The notes below the pieces were generated by a model that was given only the letters and a program-made list of their open reading frames with translations, did not search any database and was not told the origin of the DNA. The position numbers were made by a program, and so were the translations under genes. Shown one piece after another: positions 59,239-64,000 of a stretch of 64,000 bases of DNA (positions are counted from its first letter, which is position 1; every line of letters begins with the position of its first letter). This stretch comes from an uncultured Verrucomicrobiales bacterium (GTDB taxonomy: Bacteria > Verrucomicrobiota > Verrucomicrobiia > Verrucomicrobiales > DEV007), in the NCBI GenBank assembly GCA_938091905.1, contig CALKOM010000084.1, positions 1 through 64,000 on the forward strand, written 5' to 3'.

Positions 59239-59508
59239 TTAGTGGCTAAGCACCTCGAGGAGACGCCAGCGCTTCGTCTTACTGATAGGCCGCTGCTCCG
59301 AAATACGGACGCGATCACCCTCTTGGGCTTCGCCCTTCTCATCGTGAGCGTAGAACTTGGACGTTACTTTGACGATTTTGCGGAACTGCGGATGCGGCAC
59401 GCGACGGACGACGGCCACCACGATGGTTTTATCCATCTTGTTGGACACGACGACGCCGACGCGGGACTTACGTAATCCTCGCTTGGGTTGAGATGCTGTC
59501 TCGCTCAT
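59239..59508 (-). CDS. rpsQ: 30S ribosomal protein S17
   Basis: [19 protein letters not shown]. Confidence 0.98.
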   Translation of the reverse strand: MSETASQPKRGLRKSRVGVVVSNKMDKTIVVAVVRRVPHPQFRKIVKVTSKFYAHDEKGEAQEGDRVRISEQRPISKTKRWRLLEVLSH

Positions 59509-59547
59509 GAATGTATGGTCTTGTTAGAGAAGTGTACTAAGGGTAAC

Positions 59548-59754
59548 TTAGGAGGAAGCAGCTTGTTTGCGACGCTCTGATAGGAGCGTCTCGATCCGAG
59601 CCACCGTGCGGCGAACGAATCGGATGCGAGCAGGATTCTCAAGCTGGCCGCTTTGCTGCTGGAGAGACAGGTGGGTAACGAACTCTTCTTTGAATTCACG
59701 GCGTTTGCTCGCGAGTTCATCCGTGCTCAGTTCTCTTAGTTCAGTGATCTTCAT
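59548..59754 (-). CDS. rpmC: 50S ribosomal protein L29
   Basis: MK..ELRELS..EL, GQLENP..IR..RR.VAR..T. Confidence 0.95.
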   Translation of the reverse strand: MKITELRELSTDELASKRREFKEEFVTHLSLQQQSGQLENPARIRFVRRTVARIETLLSERRKQAASS

Positions 59755-59782
59755 CGTCGTCAATCAGGTTGATGCTAGGGAA

Positions 59783-60199
59783 TTAGTGATTCTGGCGGAC
59801 GACGAAGCGCACGCGAATGCCAAGCTTGTTCGCTGCAAGACGCATGGCCTCACGCGCAGCGGTCTCGGAGACACCTCCGACCTCGAACATCATCGTTCCA
59901 GGGCGGACAATAGCGACCCACTTATCGGGCGCCCCTTTACCTTTACCCATCCGGGTTTCAGGGGGACGGCGAGTGATCGGCTTGTGAGGAAAAATGCGAA
60001 TCCAGACCTTCCCACGACGCTTGAGGTAGCGGTTGATCGCGATACGGCAGGCTTCGATCTGATTGTTCGTGATCCAGTCACGCCCCAGACTCTGCATGCC
60101 AAAGTCGCCAAAGCTCACCGCGTTCCCACGCTGAGCAGTCCCGGCGCGGCTACCGCGCTGAGACTTCCGGTATTTCACTTTCTTGGGCATCAATGCCAT
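59783..60199 (-). CDS. rplP: 50S ribosomal protein L16
   Basis: [17 protein letters not shown]. Confidence 0.98.
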   Translation of the reverse strand: MALMPKKVKYRKSQRGSRAGTAQRGNAVSFGDFGMQSLGRDWITNNQIEACRIAINRYLKRRGKVWIRIFPHKPITRRPPETRMGKGKGAPDKWVAIVRPGTMMFEVGGVSETAAREAMRLAANKLGIRVRFVVRQNH

Positions 60200-60253
60200 A
60201 ACAAGATTCTCCTTCTAAGTTGTTCGGTTGAAATTGGTCTTTGCTAGACGAGC

Positions 60254-60931
60254 TTACCTGTTGCCAGCTCGGTCGTTGTTCCCGCTGCCGCTTTCGGCCT
60301 TGGGCTCTTCTTGTTTGCGGTTGATCCAGCACTTCACGCCAATGATTCCCCAAGTCGTGCGAGCCTCACAAAAGCCGTAGTCAATAGGAACACGGAGTGT
60401 CTGTAGCGGCACCTTACCCTTACGATACCACTCAGCGCGGGCGATATCAGCACCACCAAGACGACCTGCGCAGCGGAGCTTGATACCCTCAGCGCCAAAG
60501 TCCATGGCGGTCTGAACAGCACGCTTCATCGCGCGGCGGAATGAAATTCGACGCTCCAACTGGAGAGCCACGTTCTCAGCAACCAGTTGACCATCGATCT
60601 CAGGCTGCTTGATCTCAAAGATATCGATCTTGACCTGCCGATCGCCAGTCATCTTCGAAATATCAGCGGTCATGCGCTCAATCTCTGCGCCCTTACGACC
60701 GATGACGAGACCCGGACGGGCCGTGTGAAGGGTGACACGCACACTGTTCCAAGCGCGCTCGATGACAACACGTGAGAGCGCAGCAAACTGAAGCTTCTTC
60801 TTCAAATACTCACGAATGGCAAGGTCGCCATGCAAGTAAGTAGGGAAGTCCTTCTCGTTAGCATACCATTTGGAACCCCAGTCCTTTTGGACGGCGAGGC
60901 GAAATGCGATTGGATTTACTTTCTGACCCAT
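60254..60931 (-). CDS. rpsC: 30S ribosomal protein S3
   Basis: MGQKVNP, RPGLVIG.KG, GRLGGA.IAR.E. Confidence 0.98.
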   Translation of the reverse strand: MGQKVNPIAFRLAVQKDWGSKWYANEKDFPTYLHGDLAIREYLKKKLQFAALSRVVIERAWNSVRVTLHTARPGLVIGRKGAEIERMTADISKMTGDRQVKIDIFEIKQPEIDGQLVAENVALQLERRISFRRAMKRAVQTAMDFGAEGIKLRCAGRLGGADIARAEWYRKGKVPLQTLRVPIDYGFCEARTTWGIIGVKCWINRKQEEPKAESGSGNNDRAGNR

Positions 60932-60969
60932 AATCTAAATTCGTGTATCGTTCGAGTGTGCGCGGGGGG

Positions 60970-61314
60970 CTAGCCTTCGTCTTCGTTTGGCGCTAAGACA
61001 ATGCGAATGTGACTGGTACGTCGTTTGATCGCACTTGCGGAACCGCGGGCACGTGGCTTGAAGCGTTTGAAGGATGGTCCCGGAGTCACTGTGGCTTCTT
61101 CGACCACCATGCCATGCGGATCAAGATCGTGATTGTTCTCCGCATTCGCAGCCGCAGCCTTGAGAGTCTTACTGACCAACATGGCGGCCTTGCGAGGCGT
61201 GAAGTTTAGAATATTCAGAGCCTGTGAGACAGGAAGGCCTTGAATTTCACGGGCAACGTCACGCGCCTTGAGGGGCGAAATTCTGGCTGATTTGTAGGTC
61301 GAAATAACTTTCAT
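60970..61314 (-). CDS. rplV: 50S ribosomal protein L22
   Basis: RISP.KAR, ANAENN, PRARG, KRRTSHI. Confidence 0.98.
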   Translation of the reverse strand: MKVISTYKSARISPLKARDVAREIQGLPVSQALNILNFTPRKAAMLVSKTLKAAAANAENNHDLDPHGMVVEEATVTPGPSFKRFKPRARGSASAIKRRTSHIRIVLAPNEDEG

Positions 61315-61334
61315 GTTTGCTTCCGATAAAACGT

Positions 61335-62147
61335 TTATACTCCTTCGGGGTCGATTCGCATGCTGTCCCCGACGATGATCTGATCATTCGGATCGGTGAG
61401 ATCAATAAAGATAGCGCCTGCGATACTCTCGCGGACATCAATGACTAAAGCGGTTCCAATGGTGCGATCCTTACGATGAAAGGACACCGGCGTCCCGACC
61501 CGCAGACCATGCCGTGACCCCACATCGACCAAAGCCAAATTGTAATCCTTGTTCACGGAGATCACTTGGGCCTCGACGATGCTCTTCTCTTCGAAATGAT
61601 CTTCCTGAAGAATGAGCCCCAAGGCGACCTCACCCTCTTTGATCGACTTCTCCACTGCAGTCTTGGCGGCCTCATCTTCGCTTGTTGCCGTGGCCATGAA
61701 CCCCTCAACCGCGTCGCTCAAATTGAGCAGAGCATGAGCAATCTGATTTTTCTGCTCTTCGACTAGGCGGAAATCATTGGCAGCGTTCGCTAACTGCCCT
61801 TCAAACCCCTCGCCATCCTGCTCAAGAGCACCACTAAGCAATTCCAATCGCACATTGGCCTTGGCTGAGTTTTCAAGAACCTCTTCCAGCCTGGCTTTTG
61901 TGATCGCCTCGCGCTCGGCGAGCACCCCAACGCTACTATTAATACTCTTATACTTGGCCTCGAGCTCTTCACACTTCAATCGAAGCTCGCTGTTCTCTCG
62001 CTCCAAATCTTCAATCAACTGGATGTGCGGAGCAGCCGTTCCTTCCTGACCTAATACTTCCTCCTGACCCACAGCTAGACCAGCGACAGAGCACGCTGCA
62101 ATCAGCGCTCCGGCAATCCAAATCTTAGCTGGAATAGAAGGTGTCAT
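61335..62147 (-). CDS. Hypothetical exported coiled-coil protein inserted in the S10 operon
   Basis: 270 aa; signal peptide or possible lipobox IAAC; heptad-rich middle; C-terminal beta domain (LALVDVG..HG.RVG..IVGD). Confidence 0.85.
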   Translation of the reverse strand: MTPSIPAKIWIAGALIAACSVAGLAVGQEEVLGQEGTAAPHIQLIEDLERENSELRLKCEELEAKYKSINSSVGVLAEREAITKARLEEVLENSAKANVRLELLSGALEQDGEGFEGQLANAANDFRLVEEQKNQIAHALLNLSDAVEGFMATATSEDEAAKTAVEKSIKEGEVALGLILQEDHFEEKSIVEAQVISVNKDYNLALVDVGSRHGLRVGTPVSFHRKDRTIGTALVIDVRESIAGAIFIDLTDPNDQIIVGDSMRIDPEGV

Positions 62148-62180
62148 GTTAAAGTTGATGAGAGGATATGAATAGATCTC

Positions 62181-62450
62181 TTACTTCTTGCCGTGACCGC
62201 CATGGCCTAGGAACTTCCGCGTAGGGGAGAACTCTCCCAATTTGTGCCCGACCATGTTTTCAGAGACATAAACACTAGTGAATGCTTTGCCGTTATGAAC
62301 GAGGAACGTGTGCCCAACGAAATCAGGAATGATCAGGCTATTGCGCGACCACGTCTTGATTGGCTTCTTGTTCGATTCGCCCGCCTGCTTGTCAACCTTG
62401 GCGAGAAGCTTGTAGTTAACAAAGGGACCTTTTTTGAGTGACCTACCCAT
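62181..62450 (-). CDS. rpsS: 30S ribosomal protein S19
   Basis: [23 protein letters not shown]. Confidence 0.98.
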   Translation of the reverse strand: MGRSLKKGPFVNYKLLAKVDKQAGESNKKPIKTWSRNSLIIPDFVGHTFLVHNGKAFTSVYVSENMVGHKLGEFSPTRKFLGHGGHGKK

Positions 62451-62479
62451 GATGATTAAATGCTAGATGAGAGTCTGGT

Positions 62480-63325
62480 TTAACGACGTTTCTTATCGCG
62501 GCGGCTGGTAACGATGAAGGCATCACTCGCCTTCTTCTTCTGACGGGTGCGCTGGCCTTTGGCATGCCCCCAAGGACTTTTCAGGTGCTGACGACCACCA
62601 CCCGACTTACTCTTGCCCTCACCACCACCGTTGGGGTGATCGACAGGGTTCATGCACATGCCGCGCACGGTTGGACGAACGCCTAACCAACGTGAACGTC
62701 CAGCTTTGCCGCTGACAACGTTCATGTGCTCATGATTACCCACGACCCCCATGGTTGCGTAGCAGTCTTCGTGAATTTTGCGAATCTCACCAGACGGCAT
62801 GCGGACCAAAGCATAACCAGCCTCGCGGTTGGATAGCGTCGCTGATTGACCAGCGCTCCGCGCTACCTGACCACCACGACCAGGCTGAATCTCGATGTTG
62901 TGAATCGAACTACCCAGAGGGATAGCCTTAAGAGGAAGCGCATTGCCCACTTCAGGAGCCACTTTCTCACCAGCAGTGATGGCCGTTCCGACCTCAAGAC
63001 CAGCGGGAGCCAAGATGTAACTCTTTTGACCGTCTTTATATTCGAGAAGGGCAATCCGCGCTGTACGATTGGGATCATACTCAATCGCAACCACCTTTGC
63101 AGGCTCATCACGGCGCTTCCGCTTAAAATCGATGAGACGATACTTGCGCTTGTGACCACCGCCAATGTGTCGGCAGGTAATACGACCGCGATTATTGCGA
63201 CCACCAGAACGCTTCTTAGGCTCGAGCAGAGATTTCTCCGGCTCGGTCTTGGTGATCTCACTGAAATCCGACCACATTTTATAGCGGTTGGAGGGAGTGA
63301 CTGGTTTGTAAGACTTTAAAGGCAT
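62480..63325 (-). CDS. rplB: 50S ribosomal protein L2
   Basis: [29 protein letters not shown]. Confidence 0.99.
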   Translation of the reverse strand: MPLKSYKPVTPSNRYKMWSDFSEITKTEPEKSLLEPKKRSGGRNNRGRITCRHIGGGHKRKYRLIDFKRKRRDEPAKVVAIEYDPNRTARIALLEYKDGQKSYILAPAGLEVGTAITAGEKVAPEVGNALPLKAIPLGSSIHNIEIQPGRGGQVARSAGQSATLSNREAGYALVRMPSGEIRKIHEDCYATMGVVGNHEHMNVVSGKAGRSRWLGVRPTVRGMCMNPVDHPNGGGEGKSKSGGGRQHLKSPWGHAKGQRTRQKKKASDAFIVTSRRDKKRR

Positions 63326-63371
63326 GGATCTTCTTGTTAGAAGTTAGTCCTTCGGGAGTTAAAAGGGGTAG

Positions 63372-63656
63372 TTAGACGAGCTCGATGTGTTCACCGTCTT
63401 TCAATTTGACGACGGCCTTCTTCCAATGAGCGGTGCGACCAAAGTCCGCACGACGCTCGCGCTTCTTTTTGCCACGATAATTACAAGTTCGCACAGCAAC
63501 GACCTCGGTTTTGAAAAGACGCTCAACGGCGCGCTTGATTTCAAGCTTGTTCGCAGCACGATCAACCTTGAAGACATACTCGTTATTTTCCTCGAGTAGG
63601 TAGGTCGCCTTCTCACTCAGGCGTATAGACTTGATGACTTGATAAAGATCCCTCAT
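63372..63656 (-). CDS. rplW: 50S ribosomal protein L23
   Basis: SEKA, F.V...ANK.EIK.AVE..F, WKKA.V.L. Confidence 0.97.
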   Translation of the reverse strand: MRDLYQVIKSIRLSEKATYLLEENNEYVFKVDRAANKLEIKRAVERLFKTEVVAVRTCNYRGKKKRERRADFGRTAHWKKAVVKLKDGEHIELV

Positions 63657-64000
63657 TTCTGTGTCCTCCGGGCTAAGATCGGCAAGGCACTTTGGGTCAA
63701 CACAACCTTGTCGTAGTGTAAGAGCTGCTCAACATTCACTTCATCGGCAGTCATGAGAAGCGAAGGGCCCACGTTGCGGCCAGCAAGGTAGGTCCTCTCA
63801 TCAAAAGCTTGGCTCACAATGAGCACTTTAGGTCCACCCGCAAGTGCATGAAGCTCACCCACGAAACTCTTGGTCTTGCCATCATTCACCGCAAAGTCAT
63901 CCACCATCATCACATCGCCATCCTCAATGCGGCTACCGAGAGCAGCACGGAAAGCGAGTTTGCGAGTCGACTTGTTGACCTGCTTGGCATAACTGCGAGG
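63653..64000 (-). CDS. rplD: 50S ribosomal protein L4 (5'-truncated by the window)
   Basis: PRSYAKQVNK..RKLA.R.AL, KTK, RN; open to the window end, directly upstream of rplW. Confidence 0.96.
   Translation of the reverse strand, partial: PRSYAKQVNKSTRKLAFRAALGSRIEDGDVMMVDDFAVNDGKTKSFVGELHALAGGPKVLIVSQAFDERTYLAGRNVGPSLLMTADEVNVEQLLHYDKVVLTQSALPILARRTQK

Noticed and set aside
59567..60247. 226-aa plus-strand ORF and similar ORFs opposite ribosomal genes
   Set aside because: Antisense to rplP/rpmC with no recognisable motifs
1..64000. tRNA, rRNA, integrase, transposase or prophage genes
   Set aside because: None recognised by eye; a tRNAscan-SE/Infernal run would be needed to exclude small RNAs

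Overview
Chromosomal window from a Verrucomicrobia-like bacterium. The taxon is inferred from Minf_1886-like and TIGR04073-like genes, a long GreA, lamin-tail/CotH and DxDxDG-repeat secreted proteins, and an spc cluster without rpsN/rpmD. The left ~52 kb is accessory and metabolic: large secreted proteins, an esterase, a sulfatase, Kef and NhaP antiporters, Ni-SOD, HU, ilvB, xylB, a BrnT-type toxin-antitoxin pair and greA. It also holds four decayed loci: the ars operon, blaI-M56, a helicase/nuclease remnant and a secreted-protein remnant. The right ~11.5 kb is the S10-spc ribosomal cluster (rplD to secY-adk-map). Top observation: two adjacent minus-strand ORFs (FG-GAP propeller; ASPIC/UnbV-thioredoxin-TPR) are in one frame, separated only by a single TGA. 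A SECIS-like hairpin starts 11 nt after that TGA, making this a candidate ~1226-aa exported selenoprotein. Also notable: an EhpF/LuxE-like + LuxC-like + Fe-ADH operon with no phenazine or lux genes nearby, an exported coiled-coil gene inserted between rpsS and rplV, and a SecY with an extra C-terminal TM helix. No tRNA, rRNA, CRISPR array or IS was recognised. All family calls come from motif recognition by eye; no database searches were run.
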